This document shows positions 25,155 through 36,660 of a DNA stretch of 64,000 nucleotides, piece after piece. Below the pieces are notes generated by a model. The model had not been told where the DNA came from, searched no databases, and was given only the letters and a program-made list of their open reading frames with translations. The DNA comes from Setoptus koraiensis (taxonomy: Eukaryota > Animalia > Arthropoda). The stretch covers positions 6,572,001 through 6,636,000 of the forward strand of contig CM106585.1 in the NCBI GenBank assembly GCA_048013815.1, given 5' to 3'. Positions within the stretch are counted from its first letter, which is position 1. Each line of letters begins with the position of its first letter. The translations under genes and the position numbers were made by a program.

Positions 25155-28100
25155 AATAATTAATGTTAGTGCACATGTCAGACAGCTTGTCAGGTGAATG
25201 GCACAGGTAACGAGGAGCGATGTGTAGTAACAGGCGATTGTCACACAACATTTGCCGGACAATTAGCCGATGGTTGCGCTGAGTCGATCGAGCGATTTGA
25301 GCGCCGCCAACGAGTTGGTCATTGTCGAGCGCTAATTGGCCGGCGCTGGGAACCACAGCAACAACAGCAACAACAGCAACAACAGCAACAACAGCAACAA
25401 CAGCAACAACAGCAACAGCAACAGCAACAACGACAACAGCAACAACGACAACAGCAACAACGACAACAGCAACAACAACAGCAACAACAACGCTAATTGA
25501 AATGAATCGACGCTCAGTGGTTAGAGTCGAGCGTCGTTTGTGTTGCGTTTGTTAAAAACACAACCAATTTGCTGTAAGTGGGCACAGGTAAGTGGTCAAT
25601 AGTGCAAATATAGGCCAGCGGCGCCATTACCGGCGCCGCTATTAGGGTTACATGCGGCGCTTAATTTGAATATTTATTAGCTAACAGTCGGTAGTTGGCC
25701 GTATTTGGCCAACAACCGCGCCGGTGAATAACGGACTCGCTTAATTGATTAGCTGCGCTCGGCGTGTTGTTATTGGTCGCTAATTTCGCCATTCGTTTAG
25801 CGCTAATGACGCCAATACACCGCTCACCTTGCCGCGTCTGTCTGTCCGATTGTCTGTCCGTTTGTCTGTCTGTTTGTCTGTCTGTTTGTCTGTGTGGCTC
25901 AGTCAGTTATCGCTCCGCTCACCTGTCTATTCGCTGGCAAGCTGGCTGTTTCTTTGCGCGTCCGCTAGTCGGTTGATTGGCCCACGTAACGGTAAACTGG
26001 TGGCTATTTGTTGGCGACCAGTTTGCCAACAAATTGCCCTGAGCCACTTGGCTCGGCAATCGACTCACGCCGGCGCAGCGTATGCACGCATCGACGATGG
26101 CGCCCTCTCTCTCTCTCTCTCTCTCTTAGGGGCGCCCTCTCTCTTAGAGGCGCCCTTTTTCGCTTGGAGGCGCCCTATTTCGCTGAGGGCTCTGTGGCCC
26201 TGTGAGAGGCACCCGTTCGGCCTATAAACGTACGCTGGTGGCGACCGCGAGGGGGCCCCTGCGTCGTGCTGTTTGTTTGCGGGCTGCAGCGGTTTGCTGC
26301 AATCACGGCCCAAATCGGCCTATAAAGCGCGCCTCTGGCTGTCAGTGCGCCAGAGTTGTGAAATAGGCAATGTTACGCAACGTAACTACCAAACGTTATC
26401 GCACACATTGTGTGCGCCTAATGATGCTGCCATTTTCGCTACATTGAGCAGCGAAAATGTTGGCGAAAATCGGCGAAAATCGGCGAGAATCAGCGAGAAT
26501 CAGCGAGAATCAGCGAGAATCAGCGAGAATTGGGCCGAAAATGGCGCAAAAGTGCGCCCCATCTATCATCTGTTTGGCGCGCCTCGCGTAAGGTCGGCAA
26601 AATCAATTTTGCGTGCCGTTGCGTGCTCCAAAATCACGCCGCCAGATGTATGAATATATTATTTCGCTCATGTTATATCATGTTATATCATGTTATATCA
26701 TGTTATAGGCGCCGGTGTTGCAATGATTTAGGGCGCAATTGCGTAACGTGTTGCCCGTGTTATGCTGGCGTTGCAACGGCCCGGCCGGCCGGCCCAACGA
26801 TTCCCGTCGGTGCACCGGCCCCAATCATGTGCGGCCGCCGCCGGCGGCCGGGCCGGCGAGCACGCGAAGCGGCCAACATTTAGGCGAGTCATTTAGTCAA
26901 TTTGGCCGAATGTGTAATTGCCGAAATTAGTCGTGCCGACCGACACTGGCGGCCAGCACGCCCCTGGTCGCCAGTGGTTCATTTGCATACGTTTGCCATC
27001 ACTGTCACTATCAGCGTCATCGTCGCGAGCGCGCAGCCTATAATTTGCCGTTGTTGTTGCTGCTGTTGTTGCTGTTGCTGCTGTTGTTGTTGTTGCCGCA
27101 GTTGTTGATGTTGCTGTTGTTGTTGCCGCAGTTGTTGATGCTGTTGAGGTTGTTGTTGTGGCTGTTGTAACGACATGATACATGCGATACGTGCAAGCGC
27201 CAGTTTAGATTAGATTAGACGCAATTGGATCAATTGCGGCGAATTGGAGCGCGCCATTGGCCAGCCGTATGCATGCAAATGGGCCCAATCCAGGTAAACG
27301 CCAGGTAAACGTCGGCCAAGCACCGGCTAAACGTCGGGCAAGCGCCGGGCAACGGCGACAGCTTGCGCACGTAAACGGCGACGTGCCCGATTAAACGGCA
27401 CAAGCTAGTGCGCTGCTCGCCGGGCGGCCCGTGCGCGTCGCCTCAAATGGGCTAAATGAGCCGCTAATGAGTTGTGACGGCCCGGCTGACACTCCGTCCG
27501 GGAGCGGCCCGCGGGCGGGGGCGTGCGCCGCCGATCGCTCGGTAATGGCGGTCGCTTAGTGTGCGCCTATAAAGCACCTATGCACGCCCCGTGCGCCGCG
27601 CAACAACCTCACAATAACTGTGCAAAAACCTCACAACAACCGCGCAACAACCATACAACAACAGCGCAACAACCGCGCAACAGCCTCACAACAGCCTCAC
27701 AACAGCCTCACAACAGCCTCACAACAGCCTCACAACAACCTCACAACAACTGCGCAACAACCATACTACAACCACACAATAACTGTGCAACAACCTCACA
27801 ACAATCACGCCCGTTGTAAGACGGCAGCGACAACAGCGTGAGATGACGCTGTCATTGTCTTTGCTGCTCCATTTACTTTGTGCGTGCGTCTTAATTGATG
27901 TTGTCGTCGTTGTCGGTGTTGGCGAGCAGCGAAACAAGATGCAAATGACGCCAATGACGAACGGGCGGCCGCCTATATCGCTGCGCGGCGCGTACCCGAG
28001 CGCACACCTACGGCGGGCCGTCGGCCGAGGCGACATTTGGCTGGCGCCGGGCGCTGCGGAGCTCGCAATCGTCGGGTATCTTGGTTCTCACGATGGCGTT

Positions 28101-31067
28101 TCGAGGCGAGAACACGACTCACACTGGACATTTCGTCTGAGTCGTCCGAGGCTGGCTTCGCTGGGTATCGCGCGCCGGCGGATAATTGTCATTGCGAGTG
28201 CGTGCCAGCCACCATCACAAGAGCGGCGCAAGATTGGCCGCGGACCGCGAGTCGCCGGTCGCTGGTCACTTGTTTGTTCGCCGCTGTCGGCCCGTCGAAG
28301 CCGCGAACTTACCTGGCGAACTTACCTGGCGAATTCACCCGGCGAATTCACCCGGCGAACTTACCTGGCGGACTTACCTGGCGAAGCGCCAGTGACACAT
28401 TGTGTCCATTAGCAGCACGACGCTCCCGCGGACGAGCAAACGAGCAAATGAGGACACAAAAACAAAGCTGGGGGCGGGGACGGGTAACTCGGGCATGTCG
28501 TCTAAGTACTGTTATTTGCATGCTATTAATATATCGTTATTATATATCGTCATTATACGTCGTCGTTACACGTCGTCGTTATACACGCTCGTTGTTTATA
28601 CGTGACGGGCTCATTGAGCGCCGCTCACATGACGCATCGGGTCCGGCCCGATGAGTGTCGGCTAATTATTGGTTAGCGGTGGCGGTCACTTGAAAGTCGC
28701 CCCACAAACACACTGACGGCAAATGCGCCGATAAATATACGGATAAACGCACAGGTAAACACACTGACATTCGGGTATGAATACGCTGACATTCGGGTAT
28801 GAATAGGCTGACATTCGGGTATAAATACGCTGACAGTCGGGTATAAATACGCTGACAGTCGGGTATAAATACACTGACTTGGGGTATGAATGTACTGACA
28901 CTGGGGCGTAAATATACATGTAAACGCGACATGCACACCGTGCGTCTGTTTACAAACAAACGCTCCCGTCCGCGGACGAGTCGCTCGCGCGGCCCGACAG
29001 CCGGCCCGAGCCAGCGCCGACGCCGCAGATCGCCGCAGATCGCTGCAGATCGCCGCAGACCGCCGGCCACCGTCGGGCCGGCCAGACGCGGCCAGTTCGC
29101 GGCCAGTTCGCAAACAGCTGAAGGTTGACTTTTGGCGACACGCGCTCGTGTCGCGTTAATTTGTTATATTTGCCGTAAGTTTGCCTTTTGTAACTAATTC
29201 GCGCTATCATCAGTGCTCAAAGTGGCCAAGGTCTAGACACGCCAAAGTGGCAATTAGTTGTTCATGCTCCGCTTGCGTCCCGGCCGCCCGCTCCCGGCTC
29301 GGCGGCGCCCGCCGCCGACTCGCGGCGGTGCGCTTGTTGCGGGAGCTGGCCTGTTGCGAGAGTGGGACTGTCGTGAGGGCTGGCCTGCCGAGCGTCTGGC
29401 CGAGCTGCGGGCCGGACCGAGCAACCGGAACAAAGCCGGGCAAAAAGTTAGCTCAATGAAACGAGAATGAGTGAAAATGAACTTACCTCCATTTGGTGCG
29501 CCTGTTCTGGAACCTAATTTTGGTTGCGGTGCGTCGTCGATAGCGGCACCCACACGGCGGGCCGGTATCATTCATCATTGATGACGCAATTGTTTCAATT
29601 GTCATCGTTGTCGTCATCGTTGTCGTCATTGGTCGGCGTCCAGGGTGGTTGTTGGTTTTTTGGTAATTAGGTGCAAATGGCAAATAATTGCCGAGTGCAA
29701 GTGCCGAGAGAGAGAGAGAGACAAAGCGATGATTAGTGGCTGAGCGGTGACATGATGAGATGATCGCATTATTAGATCATATTATTATTACATAATCGGA
29801 TAATGAGCATGATGGGCACAATGAGCAACTTACCAGGTCTTCACTTGGGCGTCGGTCATTTTGAGATTCTTGGCCATGGAGACGCGCTCGGCCGAGGCGA
29901 GGTACTTTTGCTTGTGGAACCGTTTCTCTAGCTCGCAAATCTGTTGCCTAGTGAACGAGGTGCGCGGCTTCTTCCGCTTGGGCGGCGTCCTGTTCTGGTA
30001 CGGGTGCCCGATGCGCCGGGGCACCACGAGCGAGCCGGGCCCGGCGCCCGCGTGGAAGGCGTGCAGCGAGTGGAAGGGCACTGACAACATAATCAAAATG
30101 TTTAATTATCATATCGGGCTATTATCATATACAGGCTAAAGTGGGGCACGGGCTGAGTGCGGTATGAGTGGGGTATGAGTGGGGTATGAGTGGGGTGCGA
30201 GAGACACTTACGGTGGGCCAGGTTGAAGGGGTGACCCGCGAGCGGATGGGCGCCCATCGGGTTGAGATGATGGGGCGCCTGTTGGTGGTGGTGGTGGGCG
30301 TTGGCGGCCGCAACCGCCGCGGCCATATTGTTAAGCGCGTTGGCCATTGATGTGGGCGAATGGTAAGGTGACTGTTGTTGTTGCTGTTGTTGTTGTTGTT
30401 GTTCGTGCGATTGTTGTTGTTGCAAAGGTAGCTTGTTGTTGTTTGGTGGTGCTTGCATCAATTGATTGGCCTCAGACGATATAGGCGAGTGATTGATGTG
30501 GTTGTCGCGCTCTGTCGCGACGTTGTTGTCTGAATTGTTGGCGCTGCTTGCAGTCAGCTGATTGCTGCTAGTTGAGGCACTCTTGTGGATGGATCTGCTG
30601 TTGCTGTTGTTGTTGTTGCTGTTGTTGCTCTTGTGGTGCTTGGCTGATTGTTGTGTCGATGTCTTCAATGACATGGGGTGATGATGATGCGACAACAGAT
30701 TAGTGTTGATGTTTATGTTGTGATCGTGATGATTCAATATGTTGTAGACGCTAAATTTAAGCTGCTGTTCCGTCTTGGAATCGTCTAAATTGTTTAAGTT
30801 ACTTGCCTCTAGAGCGGCGGACTCGTCGTCGTCGCGCTGCTCGTCGTCGTCGTCGTCGTCGTCCGACTGGCCCTGATTTGACACTGAGCCCTCTATTGAT
30901 GAGCACATCGACGAGGCCCGCGAGCTAGATCGCGACGACGCGCCAGCGGGCGACAACGGATCGTCGGCCTGCCGGTTGTTGTTGCTGTTGTTGTTGTTGT
31001 TGCTGCTTGTGTCGTCTTGATCGTCCTCGTTCGACATGGGCGATGGCGAACGCGCTGCTGGCCTCAT
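12601..31067 (-). CDS. C15: Tlx/Hox11 (C15) NK-class homeobox transcription factor, 4 core exons, about 930 aa
   Basis: Exons 31067-30212, 30080-29834, 29513-29487 and 14263-12601, all GT-AG and in frame. [22 protein letters not shown], homeodomain with Thr47 ([13 protein letters not shown]), Tlx tail [22 protein letters not shown], and eh1-like FSVYNIL in exon 1. Confidence 0.92.
17398..17510. repeat. 15-bp minisatellite (GTGAATATCGCYTGT), about 6 decaying units
   Basis: Tandem units read directly, inside the Tlx large intron. Confidence 0.85.
17841..17932. repeat. 17-bp minisatellite CGAACGTTCGCTCTCGT, 5 copies plus a partial
   Basis: Five identical units, each containing the palindrome CGAACGTTCG. 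Confidence 0.95.
19768..20515 (-). CDS. Candidate alternative (cassette or terminal) coding exon of Tlx/C15
   Basis: TTATAG|G CGC ACC phase-2 acceptor. Stop-free 248-codon Q/H/S/N-rich frame ending TTC AG|GTGAAC (phase-2 donor at 19771) or reading on to TGA at 19770-19768. Confidence 0.6.
25354..25490. repeat. Compound CAA/CAG/GAC microsatellite
   Basis: ACAGCAACA-type units read directly. Source of spurious poly-Q and poly-T ORFs. Confidence 0.95.
28303..28385 (-). repeat. 13-bp tandem array carrying splice-donor consensus CAGGTAAGT (4 perfect, 2 variant units)
   Basis: Plus strand GCGAACTTACCTG x2, GCGAATTCACCCG x2, GCGAACTTACCTG, GCGGACTTACCTG. Confidence 0.95.
28765..28890. repeat. 22-bp minisatellite (ACGCTGACAKTCGGGTATRAAT-like), about 5 units
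   Basis: Tandem units read directly. Confidence 0.85.
29487..29513 (-). CDS. C15: Tlx/C15 27-nt microexon (recognition helix, [10 protein letters not shown])
   Basis: AAATTAG|G TTC CAG AAC AGG CGC ACC AAA TGG AG|GTAAGT, phase 2 at both ends. Confidence 0.93.
29834..30080 (-). CDS. C15: Tlx/C15 exon 2 (homeodomain helices 1-2 and start of helix 3)
   Basis: Acceptor TTGTCAG ends at 30081 and donor TG|GTAAGT starts at 29833. Encodes [63 protein letters not shown]. Confidence 0.95.
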
Positions 31068-31970
31068 TTCGAGCAAACACTGACTAATTACCAATCACTG
31101 ATTACTGATTACCGATTGACGACAACTGATCACTGATTGCTGATTGCTTATAATTGATCACTAATCACTAATTACTGGCTGCTAATTACTGATTGATGCC
31201 GCGCGATGTGTCGCAATATGTAAATATGTATGTGAGTATATTGCAAATATAGGCGATTTGTCGCTTTGCTGACTGGAGACTGCGATACTGTGCCAATTGC
31301 AACTGAGATGTGCGATATAGGCCAACTGTCGAGCTTGCCGATTAACTGTTGAGCGAAATGGCTCGTTAATTGAAATCTTGTTGTTGTTGTTGCTGTTGTT
31401 TATATTTGAAACAATTATGAGTAACAGCAATTATATCTTGTTGTTGTTGTTGTTGTTGCTGCTGTTGTTGTTGCTCGTCTCGTCTATGAACTCGGTGTGC
31501 GTGTGTGTGTGTGCGCAAACTTGACTGACCGAGTCAGTGTTGCGCGCTGTCACTGCTGGCAACTCTGACGCGCAGCAGTTCTTGGTGGGTCCGCGAGGGC
31601 GGCGCCGCTTGCTTGCCGAATGCGCCTTGTTGTGCCTCCATTGGCCATAGACAATTGCTTGGTAAATGTTTGTGTTGTGCGTTGCACTCGAGACCAACAC
31701 TTACACTGTGTCGCACTGCTTACAAGCCCACTGTTAGTTGCGCGGCCAGCGCTCCTGGTGGTGGTCGCGCAAAGCTTCGACGAGAGTGACGCCAGTCATT
31801 TTATAACTAGTTGCGGAGCTCACTTAGCGCACACAGACTGATGCGCAGACGGGCGCCAGTGTGCATGTAAATTGGTTTGTGCGCATTGTAAATTGTTGTT
31901 ATATTTATCTACTCAAGTGACTAATGTGTTTTATTTAATACGTATATATATATACACATTAAAGAGCGAT

Positions 31971-31980
31971 TGTGTGTGTG

Positions 31981-32033
<53 letters not shown>

Positions 32034-32046
32034 GTGTGTGTGTGTG
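31971..32046. repeat. (TG)n dinucleotide microsatellite
   Basis: Nearly pure TG tract with two TGCG interruptions. Confidence 0.97.
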
Positions 32047-32325
32047 TCTCGCTAATGGTGTGCCAGCGTTGCGAGCGTCGCCTAGCGTGCGTGCCGCCAA
32101 CTAGCAAAGTGAAAGATGCAAATTGCTACAAATGGCCAATCATCGTTATTGGCGCCACACGGTGCACACTATTAAAATAATTGACCGACGGCAAGTTGCC
32201 CGATGATAACGGTAATTGGCGCGTATGCGCTTTGGTCAATCGTCGACAGTGTCAGACGACGTCGATATAGCAAAGACTCGATAAAACAAATCGAATTATC
32301 ATCTTGAGGCGCCTATAAGACGATA

Positions 32326-32386
32326 ACGCTAATACGACGACGCTGTTACGTAACGATAGCGTTACGTAACAGCGTCGTATTAGCGT
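32326..32386. promoter_or_regulatory. Inverted repeat with two GTTACGTAAC PAR-bZIP-type sites, upstream of Tlx/C15
   Basis: The arms ACGCTAATACGAC(GAC)GCTGTTACGTAACG and CGTTACGTAACAGCGTCGTATTAGCGT are complementary apart from a 3-nt bulge. Regulatory function is inferred. Confidence 0.45.
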
Positions 32387-35300
32387 CGGCCGTCAGCTGT
32401 TCACGTTACGTTTATGGTTATGTATTACATAATATGTAACAACAAAGATGCGCTTACAGCGCTCGCCACGATCTAATAACCTCAAGTTATCAACTTGTCA
32501 AGCCACTTGTTTATGCGCTGCCCGTCCACTAGGGGCGTGTGTGGTGTGTGTTATTTTCGGCGGGCAACTTTATTATTTTTATGGTTGCTTACGTAAGTGC
32601 CATCATCAATCAGACGGCCACATTAGGGTGAAGTCATAGTGAATTGATGGCAAAGTCACAATGTAGTTGCAGTGTAGTTGCAGTGTAGTTACGGTGTAGC
32701 TATAGTGCAGTGGCAATTTTAAAACTTGACTCGCTCGCCTTCAACTGCTCGCGTTTGGGTTGCTCGCGTTTGGGTTGCGCGTGTTTGGGTTGGTGGCGTT
32801 CAACTTGGTCGCGTTGACTGGACACTAAAGAGCGCCGTTACGTAATGGGCACTAGCCGTGATGAGCGCCACTTGAACATTTAAAAGGCATGTAATGGGCT
32901 CCTATCGAATGCGCGGCGCCGCGCATTATGCAACATGGCACAATATGATCCATCAAACACAATATACACACAACACAATGGCTGTTGGCTCGTGTTTGTA
33001 TCGGACGCACGAGCCTTCTGACAAACACATCATCACTGGCTTGCGTCACTACTGTCACCGCTACAGCGGCCACTGTCGCTGCTGTTGCGCAACACAAACC
33101 ATTGGCCGGCCACTGGGGCTAATTCGCCAAAGTGACTCTCGCCAGCAAAGTAAATTGTCGTTGTTGCCGCCGACAGCCCAACAACAACAGCAGCCCAACA
33201 ACAACAACAACAACAACAACAGCAGCAGCAGCAACGACAACAACTGCAACCACGCACGTGACCCTCGTATTTAATGAGCCACGCATTGGCCGCCACCGAA
33301 CAGCTGACTGGTGAGCGCCGTTATGTAATGTCATTGTTGTCGTCGTTGTTGTTGTTGTCGCTGTTGCTGTTGTCCATGTTGTTGCTGCTGTCCATGTTGT
33401 TGCTGCTGTCGTTGTTGACATGTCGCGCAAAACAAAGCTGTGCCACTCCAAATGACCACTGGCCGAAATTAATCAGCTGGCTGACTTGTGAGTCACCTGA
33501 AGTGGCCAAACTAAAACTGGGCCCAATTTCAATTGAAATTTGAAACTTTTCCCCGCTCAGGCGCCCACTCGCTTGGCTCGTGCTCGGCTCAATTAACAAT
33601 TAAACAAACCGACACAGGTAAGCACAGGTAAGTGGCTGAGGGGCGCCCGCTGAGTGCGCACAATTAAAGTTAAAAGCCTCGAGAGAGAGAGAGCCAACAA
33701 TTAAGTAGCTAATTTAAATAGTTTTAACAACAACACAACAACTACTAACACTAGAGTGTTTTGTAAACGGTATTGACGCGCACCGCTGCGCGCCTATCGA
33801 GATAATTTAGATTATTTAAATTATCTGGATTATTTAAATTATTAAGACTATTAAAGTTATTCGGATTGATCGAAACGGGCGCACTTGTTACCATGGCATC
33901 GCGTGGTGACAAGCGCACAAGTCGCCCGGCGCGTCGCTGGCAGCGTCGCCGCTTCGAAAATGGGGCCCGCGGCGAGCGGGCCCCATTTTCGCGGTGCTGC
34001 GCAACTTTGCGCACGACTTTGCTGATCTGCGCCCCTTCAGAATCGCTTCGGGTTCCCGATTCGGACGTCGGTCAACTGGGCGCAAGTGCGCGCACTGTGC
34101 CCACAGTGCACAATGTGCGCGTGCCTCATTAGCGGGCGCAACGGGCGCACACCTGGCGCGTGATGAGGCCGACAGGTGCACAGGCCCCCAAAATCGCGCA
34201 GGCCCGAAAAATGCACAGGCCCCCAAAGTGGCACACGCCCCCAAAGTGGCACAGGCCCGGAAAATTGCGCAGGTCGCTGTCGTTGACATTTGTGCCGCAA
34301 CGAATCGCCGCTTGTTTGTCGAGCGACAAATCACAATCATCGCCAATCATATTATAATAACAATATTGAGTGCGCAACGAGCACACTCAAAATGTGTTCG
34401 CTTTTCGCCGGCCGCGCCGGGACCCGGGCTCAAGAGATTATCTCACGGCGCATGCAAATGGCGACCGCTGGAGCACCCGTCAATCAGCCTGTCGTTGTCG
34501 GCCATTGTGCGCCCTATTATTTGGCTCCAGTGCGCACACTTGTTTTGCGCTCACCTGTCGACAGGTGAGCGAGTTGTCGGCAGCCAATTGAGCTGGAATG
34601 GGCGAACTCGATTTGCGCCATTACGACAACTCAATTGCCGATTCGATTCAATTCGATTTGATTCAATTTGATTCGATTCAATTCGAATCGAATCGAATCG
34701 AATCGAATCGAATCGCGCCGACTAGCCGCTTCGAACTGGAGCCGAGTCCGCTCGAGAATGCGCCCGAATCTGTGCTCAGTTCGATATTCGAATGGATGCG
34801 CCGGAGCGCGCAGTTTGTCGGTTGCGAATCGGCCCGCGGCTTATAATTACGTTGACACCAGCGCCGCTCGGCCTAATCTCTCCATTATCTATTTATCTGG
34901 CGGTGCCGTACCCGCTCGGCATTTGTGTGTGCCGGTCGGCCGCCATTTCTGGCGAGCGGCGCGCCGTGTCCGCGGCCCGTCACAACAACAACGCTGGCGA
35001 TGCTAATCTCCTCGCTCTGTCGCCCTGTGTCGGCGCTGCCAAATCCGCGCCTCATGCCCGCGCCGCATGCCCGCGCCGTCGCGTCCCGGAGTCGCGTTTC
35101 GGAGTCGCGTCCGGGAGTCGCGTCCCGGGGTCGGCATGAGCGAAGGGCACAGCTTCGGCGGAGCGTCTTGGGCAACGATCGGGCTCGGCGGCCGTCCGCG
35201 TTTGGCGGCGCGCTGGCCGGCCCGTCGTGCCGTCAGCAGCTATTGCGATAAGCTGTTGCGATACCACGACTATTACGAGGCCAGTTGACAAAATCCGTCC

Positions 35301-36600
35301 ATTTCCATCTAAATGGACTAAGCATTTAGATTTGGATGCGCCCGACGAACGGCGGCACGGTCAATGGCGGGCCAACAGGTACATTGGCACTAATTCGGCC
35401 GCTGCCGGCCAAACGCGGCAAATCGAAATTGATTCCCGCCGCCTATCGCATTCTATCGCAAACAGGTACCTGATGTAATGTGATGCACATTACGTAAGAT
35501 GCACACTAACAACTGTAAGTCTGGCTGTTACGAGCGCACTGCCACTGCAACCCAGGGCGCATTATGTAATAATATCGGCCTTGGTCGGTCGCTCATTCAG
35601 GCGGCCGGCCGGCGAATCGGCGGCTCGCCGGCTCGCCGTCGGATATGGCGGTGATGGCGCAATCGTGTTATGTAATCACATTATGTATCGCACATTATGC
35701 GCCATGTAGTGTGATCGGTCGGCCGTCGTCGGACGACGTCTTCATCGCGATTTGCGACTCTCGATTTGCGACTCTCGCATTGCGACTCTCAAATGTTGGC
35801 CTGTCCGACCGATATGACACAACACCGATTATTATGATTATTGTGCGCATTGTGCTCATTGTGACAGCGGCGGCGGCGAGCAAGATATCAACAAACAACA
35901 ACAATAATCGCCAATTGGTCATCGGGCCAATTTGCCGGCCGCTGCCCTTGGCTCGGCCGGCACCAACCGCGGCACCAACAACAACTGCGGCACCGGCACC
36001 AACAACAACGACAACAACAACTGCGGCACCGGCGGCAGCACCGCCCCGGGGACACACTGGCCGCTGTCAACTATCAGCTGTCAAGCGTCAGCTGTCAACT
36101 ATCATCTGTCGGCCGTATCATCTGTCAGGCGTATCAGCTGTGAGCCGTGATCGCGCACACAGGTGAGCCGCAATTGAGCCGCAATTCAATAATGCGGCCA
36201 CATTGCACCGGCTGCACCACTGCACCGGCTGCACCATCGCCCTGGCCGCACCATCGCGATGCAATTCAATCGTGCACCGTCGTACGCAGCCGGCATTGCG
36301 TAACTATATTGCCAGTGCATGATAGCCGCATAATAGCCGCATAATAAGTAACAAGCAATAGGTAATAAGACATCGCCGATGACAGCCACTTGACCCTATA
36401 ATGATGACATCATTGCGCAATATTGTTGGGCGCATTGCTTGGGCCTGTTCTGTTGTGGCCGCTGCACCGATCAATGCCGATATTGCGCCGCGCGCCATGA
36501 CAAAGTTAATTTGTTCATGTGCGCAACAAGTGTTTATTTGCGTTGCGTCACTTGTCACACTGCCCACCACTGTACAAATTTAATACAAATTTATATAGTA

Positions 36601-36660
36601 CCATATCGCACAACATGCAGCCATATCGCACAACATGCAGCCATATCGCACAATATGCAG
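36601..36660. repeat. 20-bp minisatellite CCATATCGCACAAYATGCAG, 3 copies
   Basis: Three near-identical tandem units. Confidence 0.9.

Noticed and set aside
26321-26348. TATAAA plus TCAGT as an antisense core promoter in the Tlx intron
   Set aside because: Spacing of about 23 nt is short and no downstream gene is recognisable.
17398-28890. Minisatellites as CRISPR arrays
   Set aside because: Units are contiguous with no unique spacers, the context is eukaryotic, and there are no cas genes.
35462-35484. miR-275-like sequence CAGGTACCTGATGTA
   Set aside because: No complementary arm to form a precursor and no miR-305-like neighbour. Explained by the common CAGGTA motif.
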